64,000 nt of DNA from Oscillospiraceae bacterium (GCA_015064895.1 SVRI01000008.1:11126-75125); one strand, 5' to 3'; shown: positions 45,577 to 55,676, counted from the first letter of the stretch. The notes: generated by a model not told the origin, from the letters alone. A program made the numbers and translations.

Positions 45577-46641
45577 ATGACAAGTGTTGAAAAGCTCGAC
45601 AAAAACATGGTATTTGACACAAAAATAGAAAGAGAAGGACTTGTTTTCAAAAGTATTGAAGAAGCTCCCTTCAAGGTTTACGGTGTTTTCAAAAACGAAG
45701 CTCCCGACCTTAAGGCAAATATCTGGACGAGAATGCCAAATGATGTCGCAAAGGACATAAGCATACATGTTCACAACATTTCCAGACAGACTGCAGGCGG
45801 CAGAATCAGATTCAAGACAGACAGCCCCTATATTGCACTTAACGTCAAGAATCTTCCCCGTCCTCCCATGCCTCAGCTTACACTTGTAGCTCAGGTCGGC
45901 TTTGACCTTTATATCGGAAACGAATACTACAATTCCTTTGTTCCTCCGTCAAATATCACGGTAGGTTACGAATCGGTTGTTGACTTTCCCACAAGCGAAA
46001 TGAGAGAAATCACCCTTAATTTCCCCCTCTATTACGGTGTTGAAGATGTATTTGTGGGTATCAAGGACGGCTCAAAGTTAGAAGCCGCGTCCGACTACCT
46101 CGACATTCCCAAAATCGTATACTACGGCTCATCAATCACCCAGGGCGGATGTGCAAACCGTCCCGGCAATACGTATGAATCCATCATAGCAAGAGAAACC
46201 AATGTTGATTTTGTAGCTCTCGGCTTCGGCGGCGGTGCAAAGGGCGAGCCTTCCATGGCTGAATACATAGCGTCACTCGACATGTCCCTCTTTGTTCTCG
46301 ACTACGACCACAACGCACCCACCCCCGAGTACCTTGACGAAACACACGAAAACTTCTTCAAGATAGTAAGAAAAGCTCGTCCCGAGCTTCCTATTATAAT
46401 GATTTCCCGTCCCGTTTACTATCCCAAACCCGACGAAATCGTAAGACGTGACATTGTCAAGAAGACATACGACAATGCAGTAGCCGCAGGTGACAAGAAC
46501 GTATACTTCATCGACGGCACAACACTTCTCGAGGAATGTAAGAACAACGGCACTGTTGACGGTATCCATCCCACAGACTACGGTTTTACCTGCATGGCAA
46601 AGAAGATTCTTCCCGTAATCAAGAGTGTTTTGGGTTTATAA
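45577..46641 (+). CDS. SGNH/GDSL-family hydrolase with N-terminal beta-sandwich domain
   Basis: Block I YYGSSITQGG. Block V DGIHPTDYG. Start at ATG 45577 behind CAGAGG. Confidence 0.75.
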   Translation: MTSVEKLDKNMVFDTKIEREGLVFKSIEEAPFKVYGVFKNEAPDLKANIWTRMPNDVAKDISIHVHNISRQTAGGRIRFKTDSPYIALNVKNLPRPPMPQLTLVAQVGFDLYIGNEYYNSFVPPSNITVGYESVVDFPTSEMREITLNFPLYYGVEDVFVGIKDGSKLEAASDYLDIPKIVYYGSSITQGGCANRPGNTYESIIARETNVDFVALGFGGGAKGEPSMAEYIASLDMSLFVLDYDHNAPTPEYLDETHENFFKIVRKARPELPIIMISRPVYYPKPDEIVRRDIVKKTYDNAVAAGDKNVYFIDGTTLLEECKNNGTVDGIHPTDYGFTCMAKKILPVIKSVLGL

Positions 46642-46721
46642 AAATGCAAAAGGAACTGTCCTAGGTAGGCTTCACATAGGGAATAAATTAAAGTCAGTGA
46701 GTTCTATGCTTGCTGGCTTTT

Positions 46722-47235
46722 TTATATTATTCTTTCTGTACTTTTGTATCGACAAAAGTACCAAAAACGCCCACTCAAAAAGAGGGGATGGGCGGCAAGT
46801 TGCCGCTGACAAACCGTTATTTTGGCGGTTTTCAGTATGCCGCCAAAATAACAATTACTGCTGTCGGGCTTTCCCGACCCGTGGCGGCTTAACGCCCCTC
46901 AACACGGGAAAGAAAATTTTAAAATCCAAGCATTTGGTGTCGCGTAAAACATGTTCTGAAACAACGATGTTTGAAATTCTATAGCTGAATCGATTAAATA
47001 CACTTAAAATTCGCACAAACACCCTTGTGAGAGGTAAGCCGCCGCGGCAAAGGAGAGAAGTCAGCGTAGGTTGAGATTGCGAAAGCTTACTTATTGCGAG
47101 CCTGAGTCTTGACCTCACCCGTGGTCAAGACGAACCATTTTTGCCTTAGCCAAAACCTCAACCGAGCCCTCTCTCCTTTTGAGCGGAGCGTTTTTGCCCT
47201 CTTTTGTCGCGGGACAAAAGAGGGTCGGCACCGCA
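46722..47235. repeat. two diverged mosaic-repeat 5' parts in opposite orientation
   Basis: Forward copy is 46735-46910 (gtacttttgt hairpin ... ctgtcgggctttcccgacccgtggcggctta). Reverse copy is 47030-47226 (gagaggtaagccgccgcgg ... gccctcttttgt/acaaaagagggtc). Confidence 0.7.
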
Positions 47236-47251
47236 GTGACGAAACACTCTC

Positions 47252-47287
47252 AAAAATAAAAAGAAAGGCGTACCGCAGTACGCCTTT
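47252..47287 (-). terminator. intrinsic terminator after the TetR gene
   Basis: aaaggcgtac/gtacgccttt stem followed on the minus strand by a T-rich run. Confidence 0.6.
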
Positions 47288-47342
47288 AAATGGTATTCAT
47301 CCCTAAGGAAACACCCCTTAAGGCAGTTCCTTTTTATATTCT

Positions 47343-47930
47343 TCATCTGTTTCGTCCGTCTATACAACGTATTATAATTCTGCACATATCCTCATCCGAT
47401 TCTCTGCAGTCGTTATTTAACCAATCCATTACCATTGCCGTAATTCCCGTCAGATAGAATTTCATGGTATATTCCCTTTCATTTGCAGGAATATTAAAAC
47501 GCTCAAGAATAGGGCTGAAAACATGGCTGAACATTCTTTCATATACGTTGTCGAAATCCAATGTACCAAGGTGCTTTACAGCCGTTTTGAATACACGTCT
47601 GTTTTCCCTCACATACGAAAGATACGGCATAATATATTCAGGTCTTATAAACTGCAAATCGTTTATCGGGGTTGTTTCTACATTGAGAACAAGCCGGCTC
47701 TTGTCATGCGTAAAATAAGCGAGAAAGCCGTCTATAATATACCGTGTTGTTTCTTCGAGAAGTTCGGATATGTTTTCATAATGAAGATAAAAGGTAGAAC
47801 GGTTCACTCCTGCCATTTCACATATTTCTTTAACGGTGACATATTCAAAATCCTTTTTATCAATAAGATTTATAAGTGCTTCGTTCATCTTTCTTGCTGT
47901 ATTGAAATACTTGCTTTCATTTTTGTTCAC
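47343..47930 (-). CDS. TetR/AcrR-family transcriptional regulator
   Basis: 195 aa. N-terminal HTH VTVKEICEMAGVNRSTFYLHY. Confidence 0.88.
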   Translation of the reverse strand: MNKNESKYFNTARKMNEALINLIDKKDFEYVTVKEICEMAGVNRSTFYLHYENISELLEETTRYIIDGFLAYFTHDKSRLVLNVETTPINDLQFIRPEYIMPYLSYVRENRRVFKTAVKHLGTLDFDNVYERMFSHVFSPILERFNIPANEREYTMKFYLTGITAMVMDWLNNDCRESDEDMCRIIIRCIDGRNR

Positions 47931-47967
47931 ACTCCGACCTCCTTTTCAAAGAACAATGGATTATTTA

Positions 47968-48321
47968 TTATTTACCTTCGCTTATCTGTCTTGCAAGCTC
48001 GACTATTTCATAGGCGTATTTTGCTTTTCCGTTTTCAAGCATTTTTTTGTAGAGGGGATAGTTTATTCCGCATCCCGCAAAACCGATTACGCCTAAAACA
48101 ATTCCAAATACAAAACCCGCTACTCCGCTTCCTATTACCTGCATTGCTAAGCTCATGCCTGCACCGGCAACAAGAGCCGAAATAATTCCGAAGGTGTACG
48201 TAAAAATTGTGGCAGGAAGCTTTGCTTTGTTATCAAGCTTCTTCAAGGCAACAATTTTTGAATTGTTTTTGGGTGCATATTCCTTTGCTATAGATTCTGC
48301 TAAAATCTTATCTGTGTTCAT
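47968..48321 (-). CDS. small membrane protein (two TM helices)
   Basis: 117 aa. Gly-rich TM hairpin. Probably co-transcribed with the TetR gene. Confidence 0.5.
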   Translation of the reverse strand: MNTDKILAESIAKEYAPKNNSKIVALKKLDNKAKLPATIFTYTFGIISALVAGAGMSLAMQVIGSGVAGFVFGIVLGVIGFAGCGINYPLYKKMLENGKAKYAYEIVELARQISEGK

Positions 48322-48464
48322 TATTCACAGCCTCCTTTTTGTTTTATGACACTATTTTACATTAAACAAAAAGACTTTTGAACAACACCATTTTGAAAAA
48401 ATGTTGATTTATATGATTGTTTTTTATTTACAAAACACCTGCCGCCACGGACAGGTGTGAATTT

Positions 48465-49073
48465 CTATTTCTTTTTCCCTATTCTCTGTATAAATCCTAT
48501 AATCTGTCCCGACAGAATGACCGTCAGAAGTGAGTACATGATTCTTGTCAGCGGAATATATGTAAGTGAAAGACCGAGTATTGTAAGGTCGCTTATCATA
48601 TAAACCCACTCGATTTTAAGTCCCGTCACATGGGAAATACTCATGGCAAGAGCATCATCGCCGCAGATTGCACCGCCAAAGCGTATGGAAATTCCCGTTC
48701 CCACACCCACAAATACTGCTCCCAGTATTGCCGCCACAAGGGGCATTTCGTAAAGCTTCGGATAAATATGCGGAAAACACTCAAAAACACGATAAAACAC
48801 CGAAAAGCTGCCTGCCGCCACAGCCGAGTAAATTATAAACTCTCTGCCGAGAAGCTTCCACCCGATAAGGTAACATATTACACTTACGACAAAGTTTGTA
48901 ATTGACGGTGAAATTTTGAACCAATATTCAAGAAGAAGATTAAGTCCCAATGCTCCGCCTTCGGTAACACCCGACAGCGAATGGACATTATACAGTCCAA
49001 AGGCAAGAAAAGCACTGCTCAGAACGAGAATAATGCAGTTTTTTATTTTAATATTTTTTAACACCTTTCTCAT
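48465..49073 (-). CDS. YitT-family membrane protein (membrane domain only)
   Basis: 202 aa with about 5 TM helices. YitT-like pattern. Confidence 0.65.
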   Translation of the reverse strand: MRKVLKNIKIKNCIILVLSSAFLAFGLYNVHSLSGVTEGGALGLNLLLEYWFKISPSITNFVVSVICYLIGWKLLGREFIIYSAVAAGSFSVFYRVFECFPHIYPKLYEMPLVAAILGAVFVGVGTGISIRFGGAICGDDALAMSISHVTGLKIEWVYMISDLTILGLSLTYIPLTRIMYSLLTVILSGQIIGFIQRIGKKK

Positions 49074-49131
49074 CCTTTCTTTTGGGTAGAATAATGCAGA
49101 ACGCCATTTATCAGACGTTCTGCTTCTTTTT

Positions 49132-50418
49132 TTATTTATACTGAAGTGAATACATATAGTCCTTCATATCAACTACTGTATTTGTCTTTCTCGAAAGCTC
49201 TGCGGCAAAGCACATAAGGTAGCTCATGCTGGAAACTCCGATATCGGAAATTGAGTTGGAAGGATTATTATTTGCAACATATTCGTAAAGGTCTGCCATG
49301 ATACCAAGGTCGCCGCCGCCATGACCGCCTGCGATTGTCTGGTCAAACTCTTCTTCGGGATTATAGATAATAGTTGTCTTTCTTGTTTCAAAGGAATAAA
49401 ATTCGAGTGTGTTCTTTTCCATATCTGCTCGAAGTTCACCCTTTGTTCCCATGAATGTGGAAACTCTGCCGCCCTTATTGAATGCGGACATGGTAAGTGT
49501 TGCCTGAATATCGTTACCGAAAGTGAAGCTTACAATCTGGTGGTCAACAACATCGTTATCACACTTATATACGCATCTGCCGTAAGGACTTGTCTTAAGT
49601 ACTTCATCTACCTCTTCGGGTGTGGGTTTGAAATGTCCTGCAACTACTGCCTTGAAGTGCTGAACTTCTGCTGTAGGAAGTTTATAAAGCGAGGGTGCAT
49701 AATAGTAACAGGTATCCTTATGGGGACATCCGTCAAGACATCGGCTCGGAGCACCTTCGGGTGCGTTTTCTTCTCTGAAATAGCTTCTTGTGCCAAAGGA
49801 ATGTACCTTTGTACAATACTCATCAACAAACCACTGCAGAAGGTCTGTATCATGACAGCACTTTGCAAGAATCATGGGAGCCGCTTCATCTTCACGTCTC
49901 CAGCTACCTCTTACATAGCTATGGCTCATATGAACATTTCCGACACCCTCTGTGTGGTTGATATTCATGAGCTTACCGAGATTACCTTCGTCGATAAAGT
50001 TCTTTATAGCCTTATAGAAAGGAGTATATCTGAGAACATGGCACACAAGCACCTTTACGCCCTTTGCGATTGCCGCATCAGCGATATCAAAGCATTCCTT
50101 GGGGTCGGGCGAAATAGGCTTTTCAAGAAGGATATCATAACCCTTTTCAATTGCCATCATTGCAGGCTCATAGTGCATTTTATCCTGAGTACAGATCATT
50201 ACGATATCTGCAAGCTTAGGCTGTGAAAGAAGCTTCTTATAATCATCATATACGCCTTCAGCAGGAACATCGTAGTTATCAATAAAATACTGTCTCTTTT
50301 CGGGAAGGGGGTCTGCGATTGCAACAAGCTTGAATTTATCGGGGTGATCATCAAGATAGTGCATATAGCAGCTGCCTCTGTCGCCGCAGCCGACAAGGGC
50401 AAGTTTTAACTGTTTCAT
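49132..50418 (-). CDS. Gfo/Idh/MocA-family NAD(P)-dependent oxidoreductase
   Basis: 428 aa. N-terminal Rossmann LKLALVGCGDRG and EKP motif. Confidence 0.85.
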   Translation of the reverse strand: MKQLKLALVGCGDRGSCYMHYLDDHPDKFKLVAIADPLPEKRQYFIDNYDVPAEGVYDDYKKLLSQPKLADIVMICTQDKMHYEPAMMAIEKGYDILLEKPISPDPKECFDIADAAIAKGVKVLVCHVLRYTPFYKAIKNFIDEGNLGKLMNINHTEGVGNVHMSHSYVRGSWRREDEAAPMILAKCCHDTDLLQWFVDEYCTKVHSFGTRSYFREENAPEGAPSRCLDGCPHKDTCYYYAPSLYKLPTAEVQHFKAVVAGHFKPTPEEVDEVLKTSPYGRCVYKCDNDVVDHQIVSFTFGNDIQATLTMSAFNKGGRVSTFMGTKGELRADMEKNTLEFYSFETRKTTIIYNPEEEFDQTIAGGHGGGDLGIMADLYEYVANNNPSNSISDIGVSSMSYLMCFAAELSRKTNTVVDMKDYMYSLQYK

Positions 50419-50534
50419 GGCATTCTTCTCCTTCTATTAGGAACAAATTCGGTTTATTGTATCATACTTTTTTGGGATTGTCAATTGATTAACGAAAATT
50501 ATTATTTTTTGTTGATGTTTTTCCGGAAAAGACA

Positions 50535-50560
50535 GAAAAAGCACCCGCTTTTGCGGGTGC
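50535..50560 (-). terminator. intrinsic terminator after the YD-repeat gene
   Basis: gcacccgc/gcgggtgc stem followed by TTTTT on the minus strand. Confidence 0.6.
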
Positions 50561-50571
50561 TGATTGTTATT

Positions 50572-51825
50572 TTAGGGTTTTATGAATTCTTCAATTTCTT
50601 CTGAAATGTCAAAGGGGATGTAAACAAGTTTGTAAGTGTAGTCGTAAACGGTTTTGTCTCTATTCGCTTTTTTTATCATATTTCCATTTTCATCGTAAGT
50701 GTAGTCATAAGTTGTTTTGATGCCGTTGTAATAATCGGCAGTTTCCACTCTCTGTATCATGTTGCCCATTTCATCGTAAATGCAGTCTGTAGTTTCTTTG
50801 ATGCCGTAGTAATCGGTTTTTACACTATTTATCAGATTCCCATAGACATCATAGGCATATTCGAAAGTCGCACAGTTACCATCGTAGTTCGTAAACACCT
50901 CTTTTGTCATATTTCCGTTTTCATCGTAAGTATAGTCGTAAGATGAATAGACTCGGTCACACCAAATTACCACCTCTTTTATCCTATTTCCTTTTTCGTC
51001 ATAGGTGTAGTCAGTAATTGTTTTTTCAATATCAGACCTCGTATTCACTTTTTTAATCTTTTTTCCATTTTCATCATAGGTGTATTCGGATATATTTTTT
51101 TCGCCGTCAGCATCAGTATACACCTCTTTTACCATATTTCCATTTTTATCATAAGCATATTCGTAAGTCCAAGTATCCCCTTCAGAAAGAAGTGAATAGA
51201 CAGGCGACGTCTTGTATCCATTTTCATCATATATATACTCATAAGTCAACCCTTTACCATTGTAGTTCGTTAACTTCTTCTTTGTTATGTTTCCGTTTTC
51301 ATCGTAAATATATTCCCAAGTTCTATTGACACAATCATTACACATTATCACCTTTTTAACCACATTTCCATTTTCATCATAGGTGTAGTCATAAGTTTCT
51401 TTGTCACCACTAGAATCCATATAAATATATTTAATTGCGTTTCCACTTTTATCATAATGCTTTTCTTCATAGGCAACACTTTCGCCATCTCTAAAGGTTT
51501 TTTCGTGAACATATAGAAAATGAGTCATCATTTCCTTTGCATCCTTATAATCTCCAAGTTCCATTAGCAAATCATAAGCTTCTTCATAATTTTCATTGTC
51601 GATATAATTAAGTGCATTATTATATTTCAATTCTTCGGGACTCATAGGAACATCGATTTTTTCATCTTCAATTTTTTCTTCGTCTTCATCGGAAAAGCCT
51701 TCTTCTTTTTCGTCATAATTTTCATGGTCATCATAATCATTACGAATATCTGTTTTTTCTTCCCCACATGAAGCAAGACCAAACACAAATAAAACCGCAA
51801 GCATAAATACGATAATTTTTTTCAT
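50572..51825 (-). CDS. lipoprotein composed of YD (Rhs-type) repeats
   Basis: Lipobox LASC. Acidic linker. About eleven xYxYxYDxxGN repeats. Confidence 0.8.
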   Translation of the reverse strand: MKKIIVFMLAVLFVFGLASCGEEKTDIRNDYDDHENYDEKEEGFSDEDEEKIEDEKIDVPMSPEELKYNNALNYIDNENYEEAYDLLMELGDYKDAKEMMTHFLYVHEKTFRDGESVAYEEKHYDKSGNAIKYIYMDSSGDKETYDYTYDENGNVVKKVIMCNDCVNRTWEYIYDENGNITKKKLTNYNGKGLTYEYIYDENGYKTSPVYSLLSEGDTWTYEYAYDKNGNMVKEVYTDADGEKNISEYTYDENGKKIKKVNTRSDIEKTITDYTYDEKGNRIKEVVIWCDRVYSSYDYTYDENGNMTKEVFTNYDGNCATFEYAYDVYGNLINSVKTDYYGIKETTDCIYDEMGNMIQRVETADYYNGIKTTYDYTYDENGNMIKKANRDKTVYDYTYKLVYIPFDISEEIEEFIKP

Positions 51826-51930
51826 TTTTATTTCCTCCGACTCTCTTTATGTGTTGATTTTACCACACATTAAAAATATTGTCAAGAACACAAAAAAGCA
51901 CCCGCAATGAGGTGCATCAACTATTATAAT

Positions 51931-52123
51931 CAATGCGAAGCATTGTATATCATCAATTCCGCAGGAATTGCATATCATCAAAACGAAGTTTTGTATATCA
52001 TCATTGCGAAAGCATATATACACCTTCGGTGATGAGATACAACAACGGTGTGCCGTTGTTGATGATATACCATTGCTTTCGCAATGGATAAAAAAATCCC
52101 AAGTCATTTGACTTGGGATTTTT
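51931..52123. other. structured repeat element abutting the tRNA operon 3' end (copy 2)
   Basis: Motifs at 51945, 51970 and 51993 (direct). Complements at 52031 and 52061. Hairpin spacers. Terminator tcccaagtc/gacttggga at 52097-52118. Confidence 0.8.
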
Positions 52124-52198
52124 TGGAGGCGCCACCCGGATTTGAACCGGGGCATAAAGGTTTTGCAGACCTCTGCCTTACCGCTTGGCTATGGCGCC
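52124..52198 (-). tRNA. tRNA-Cys (anticodon GCA)
   Basis: Anticodon loop CTGCAAA. CCA encoded. Confidence 0.88.
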
Positions 52199-52372
52199 GT
52201 TTCTTTCTTGTAAGAAAGAAACCAAAGAACTTTTAATCCGAGACTCTGCCATCAAAAAAATCAAGTCACAGATGCCCGAATGGTTTTTCGTTTGACCGCC
52301 ATAAACGCAAGCGGTCAAACTCAGTTCTGAGTTTTTCTCTTCAAGAATATTAAGTTGTACCTGAATTCAGGT
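52199..52372. repeat. mosaic repeat inside the tRNA operon (Cys-Gly spacer)
   Basis: gtttctttct/agaaagaaac hairpin + ccaaagaact, gcccgaat, and the gtttgaccgc/gcggtcaaac hairpin. Confidence 0.72.
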
Positions 52373-52448
52373 TGGAGCGGATTACGGGGCTCGAACCCGC
52401 CACCTCGACCTTGGCAAGGTCGCGCTCTACCAAATGAGCTAAATCCGC
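52373..52448 (-). tRNA. tRNA-Gly (anticodon GCC)
   Basis: Identical to 43461-43536. Confidence 0.9.
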
Positions 52449-52472
52449 ATAGGTGGTTTAATAAAAAGTTTC

Positions 52473-52549
52473 TGGCGACTCGGATGGGGCTCGAACCCAC
52501 GACCTCCAGCGTGACAGGCTGGCGTTCTAACCAACTGAACTACCGAGCC
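52473..52549 (-). tRNA. tRNA-Asp (anticodon GTC)
   Basis: Identical to 43171-43247. Confidence 0.9.
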
Positions 52550-52735
52550 ATGGTTAAAACTTATGTCCCATAAGGGATTGCGAAAAGCTTATGTTTTCGC
52601 TGAGTTTGGTCGGTTGCGTTTATGCCGACCAAACGGAAAACCACTCGGGAACCCTACACAAGATTTTCATCCTCAATGTAGTCCCGAATCATTTTCTTTT
52701 TGCTTACTTTTTCTTTTTATCAAAGAAAAAGTAAG
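52550..52735. repeat. mosaic repeat 3' half inside the tRNA operon (Asp-Trp spacer)
   Basis: gagtttggtcgg/ccgaccaaac hairpin, cactcgggaac, ttttctttttg, and the terminal hairpin cttactttttcttt/aaagaaaaagtaag touching the tRNA-Trp 3' end. Confidence 0.78.
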
Positions 52736-52811
52736 TGGCAGGGGAAGAAGGTCTCGAACCCACGACACGCGGTTTTGGAGACCGCTGCTCTACCAACTGA
52801 GCTATTCCCCT
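52736..52811 (-). tRNA. tRNA-Trp (anticodon CCA)
   Basis: Anticodon loop CTCCAAA. CCA 3' end encoded. Confidence 0.88.
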
Positions 52812-52860
52812 GTGTCGTTTTGCCGTCCGAAGACATCCTCCGAACAACGATTGCTTAGGT

Positions 52861-52889
52861 AGTATAACACAAGGGACTTGGTTTGTCAA
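52861..52889 (-). promoter_or_regulatory. sigma-70 promoter of the four-tRNA operon
   Basis: Minus strand reads TTGACA (52889-52884), 17 nt, TATACT (52866-52861). Confidence 0.6.
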
Positions 52890-53003
52890 GTCTTTTTTTT
52901 ATTTTTTTGATTTTTTTAAAAGTCCGATTATAATTCGATAATTTTATACAAAATATCCGCCGATTCATACGAACCGGCGGAATACTTCATTATTATTTAG
53001 GGT

Positions 53004-55676
53004 TTATTTCTTTGCACCTTTTTTCTTTTTGAGAAGGAATATGATAAGAACTACAATCGCTGCAACTACTACAAGTGCACCGCCTGCAATTCCTATAATT
53101 GCACCAACGGGTAAGCCCTTGCTTTCTTCTGCAACTTCTTCATTATTGCTCTTTTCAGGTTCGGGTGTTGCTGTGTTTACATAAGGATCATATTCAAGGG
53201 GGCTGTATGTTTCTTCAACGGGTGCCTTCTCGATAATTGCCGCAATGCGGTCATCTGCATCCATTTCATATACTACCACCGCAGGATCAGAGGGTGCTGC
53301 AAGCTTTTCAACTGTTGACTTCTTATAGTCTGCAAATGCATTGAAGAGGTCAACTGCTTCCTGAGCTGTTACAAGAATTTCGGGGTTGTAGATAAATTCG
53401 TTGTCTTCATTGGTTTCTACAGCTTCTATAAAGCCGTTATTGACTGCCCAAAGTACTGCATTGTAATAGGAGTCGTATAAAACTACATCTGCAAATACCG
53501 ATTGGCCTGTTACAACCTTGCTGCCGTCAGCTTCATAAAGCTTTGTAAGGAACTCGCCCTTTGTAAGCTTGGGTTCGGGAACAAATTCAATCTTGTCAAT
53601 ATCAAATTCACCGTTCATACCGCCGAGAAGTACAATCTTTATACCCTTAACTGTACCGTACCAGCCGTCAAGCTCGAACATATCAAATGTATATTCAACC
53701 TTTTCGCCTTCAGATGTTTCAGCAAATTCAACTTCCTTGACTCTTTCGTCTGTGTAACCTTCACCGTTATCGAAGTAAACCTTCATTGTATAGGTCTTTG
53801 CTTCTTCAACAGGTTCTTCGTTTGCAACAGCTTCGCCTTCAGCCGCTTCTTCAGCTACAGGAGCAAAATTGTGCTTCATTCTGACAATAAGTTGTCTGTG
53901 TTCAAATCCGGGAACAGCAAGTTCGGGAGAAACAATTGTAGGATCAGCACCTTCTGCCGCAACACCGTGGATTGTTTCGTTTTCGCTGTCGTAGGAGTAT
54001 TCCATTCCGCTTGTTGTCCAAGCATCTGCAAGGGACTTTTCAGCGAACTTATACTTATAGGGATTTTCAAATGAAGGAAGTGCAGGACGAACAGGCTTAA
54101 GAAGTGTTCCAAAGTCAAATTTTTCATCTGCGGGAACAAACTCAATACTGTCAATCCAGAAGTCACTGTTTTCGCAAGAGCCCACATCAACTCTGAATGA
54201 ATTGATAACTCCGTTCCAGTTTGCGTTGGATGTAAGATCGATTGTATACTCAACGTATTCGCCGTTTGTTGTCTGTTCAAGGTCTTCAACCTTATAAGAT
54301 GCTCCTTCAGAATAACCTACGCCTGTAGAAGTAAAGAACACCTGAATGTGGAAATCAGACTTATTTGAATCAGTCTTTTCAACACTGATGTTGTGCTTCA
54401 TTCTGATAACAAGCTTGTTAAATACTTCAGCAGGAATGTTAAGTCTGTCTGTTGTTGCAATTATGGGGTCTTTGCTTGTAGATCTTGCGTAAAGAGAACC
54501 GTCATTGCCGTAAGAAACATTGGCACCGCTGCCACCGTTCCATGTTTCAACAGATTCAGCAGTGTCAAATGTCCACTTGAAGGGGTTTGCAGGTGCATTC
54601 AAGAGATCGTAGTCAAGAAGAGCTGCGTCAAGTGTTGCCTGTGTTGTGCTGCCGCCTTCAACATAAGGAACAAGGAACTTTGTATAGTTCTTTTCACCGT
54701 TGGGAACAAATACCGCATGTCTGTCAACCGAGAGAAGGTTTTCACTTACCTTGAGTGCTACTGCACCGGGATTATTGAAAGCATAGTATGCAATATGCTT
54801 TACATCTGTAAGGTCAAATTCCTGATAGTTTAATATAACTTCCTGCTTAACAGTAGGCTTTGGTGCTTCAGGCTCAGCTTCAGCTTCTGTTTCTTCGCTT
54901 TCTGCTGTTTCTTCTGTTTCAGCTTCTTCTGTTTCTTCTGCAGGTTCTTCTGCTTCTTCAGGTTCAACAGTTGCAGCGGGTTCAATAACTACTTCCTGTA
55001 TAATTACAGGGCTCTCATATGTACACTTAAGGAGAATGCCGTCACCAACAATTACCTTTTCGCCTTCAAGAGAATAATACCAAGGTGTTGCATCAAACAT
55101 GTCGGAGAATGCATGGAAACCGATTTCTGTTACCGTGTCGGGAATTGTAATCTCAGAAAGACCGGAGTTGTGGAACGCACTGTCACCAATCTTTGTAAGA
55201 TTTGCGGGAATTACAGTTTCATTGCCTTCTTCATCTACTATTGTTTCACCGTTGTAAATTGCAACGGTTGTAAGATTCTTACAGCTCTGGAAAGCACCCT
55301 TGCCGATTACAGTTACGTTCTTGGGGATTTCTACGGAAACAAGAGTTTCATTTCCAAGGAATGCCGCGTCGCCGATTTCTGCAACGATACACTTTTCACC
55401 GGTTGAAGGACTTGTAAGCATTTCGGGAATTACAAGATTTTCTGCTTCACCGACATATTCCTTAAGTTTCAATGAAGGAACTTCGGTGCCGAACATATCT
55501 TCAACTACGAAATCTTTTTCATCTTCGGGCGGTGTAAATTCCTCAGCAACATACAAACTCGGTACTCCGGTATTGGTTGTCTGAGTAGTTTTTTCTTCCT
55601 GCTTCTTCGATGTACAAGATGCGAAAGAAAGAAGTACCATCACCGCACAAAGAACAAATGCAAGTATCTTTTTCAT
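53004..55676 (-). CDS. cell-surface protein: lipoprotein signal, BspA-type leucine-rich repeats, acidic linker, two unassigned jelly-roll-like domains, C-terminal TM anchor
   Basis: Signal ending FASC. LRR units (IGDAAF...VSVEIPKNVTVIGKGAF...). An E/T/A-rich linker. Domains ending WIDSIEFVP and DIDKIEFVP. C-terminal hydrophobic helix plus KKKK. Confidence 0.78.
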   Translation of the reverse strand: MKKILAFVLCAVMVLLSFASCTSKKQEEKTTQTTNTGVPSLYVAEEFTPPEDEKDFVVEDMFGTEVPSLKLKEYVGEAENLVIPEMLTSPSTGEKCIVAEIGDAAFLGNETLVSVEIPKNVTVIGKGAFQSCKNLTTVAIYNGETIVDEEGNETVIPANLTKIGDSAFHNSGLSEITIPDTVTEIGFHAFSDMFDATPWYYSLEGEKVIVGDGILLKCTYESPVIIQEVVIEPAATVEPEEAEEPAEETEEAETEETAESEETEAEAEPEAPKPTVKQEVILNYQEFDLTDVKHIAYYAFNNPGAVALKVSENLLSVDRHAVFVPNGEKNYTKFLVPYVEGGSTTQATLDAALLDYDLLNAPANPFKWTFDTAESVETWNGGSGANVSYGNDGSLYARSTSKDPIIATTDRLNIPAEVFNKLVIRMKHNISVEKTDSNKSDFHIQVFFTSTGVGYSEGASYKVEDLEQTTNGEYVEYTIDLTSNANWNGVINSFRVDVGSCENSDFWIDSIEFVPADEKFDFGTLLKPVRPALPSFENPYKYKFAEKSLADAWTTSGMEYSYDSENETIHGVAAEGADPTIVSPELAVPGFEHRQLIVRMKHNFAPVAEEAAEGEAVANEEPVEEAKTYTMKVYFDNGEGYTDERVKEVEFAETSEGEKVEYTFDMFELDGWYGTVKGIKIVLLGGMNGEFDIDKIEFVPEPKLTKGEFLTKLYEADGSKVVTGQSVFADVVLYDSYYNAVLWAVNNGFIEAVETNEDNEFIYNPEILVTAQEAVDLFNAFADYKKSTVEKLAAPSDPAVVVYEMDADDRIAAIIEKAPVEETYSPLEYDPYVNTATPEPEKSNNEEVAEESKGLPVGAIIGIAGGALVVVAAIVVLIIFLLKKKKGAKK

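Noticed and set aside
49085-49131. The hairpin gcagaacg/cgttctgc with a T-run on the plus strand, considered as a terminator.
   Set aside because: Both flanking genes are on the minus strand, and on that strand the hairpin is not followed by a U-tract. Its orientation does not fit a terminator for either gene.
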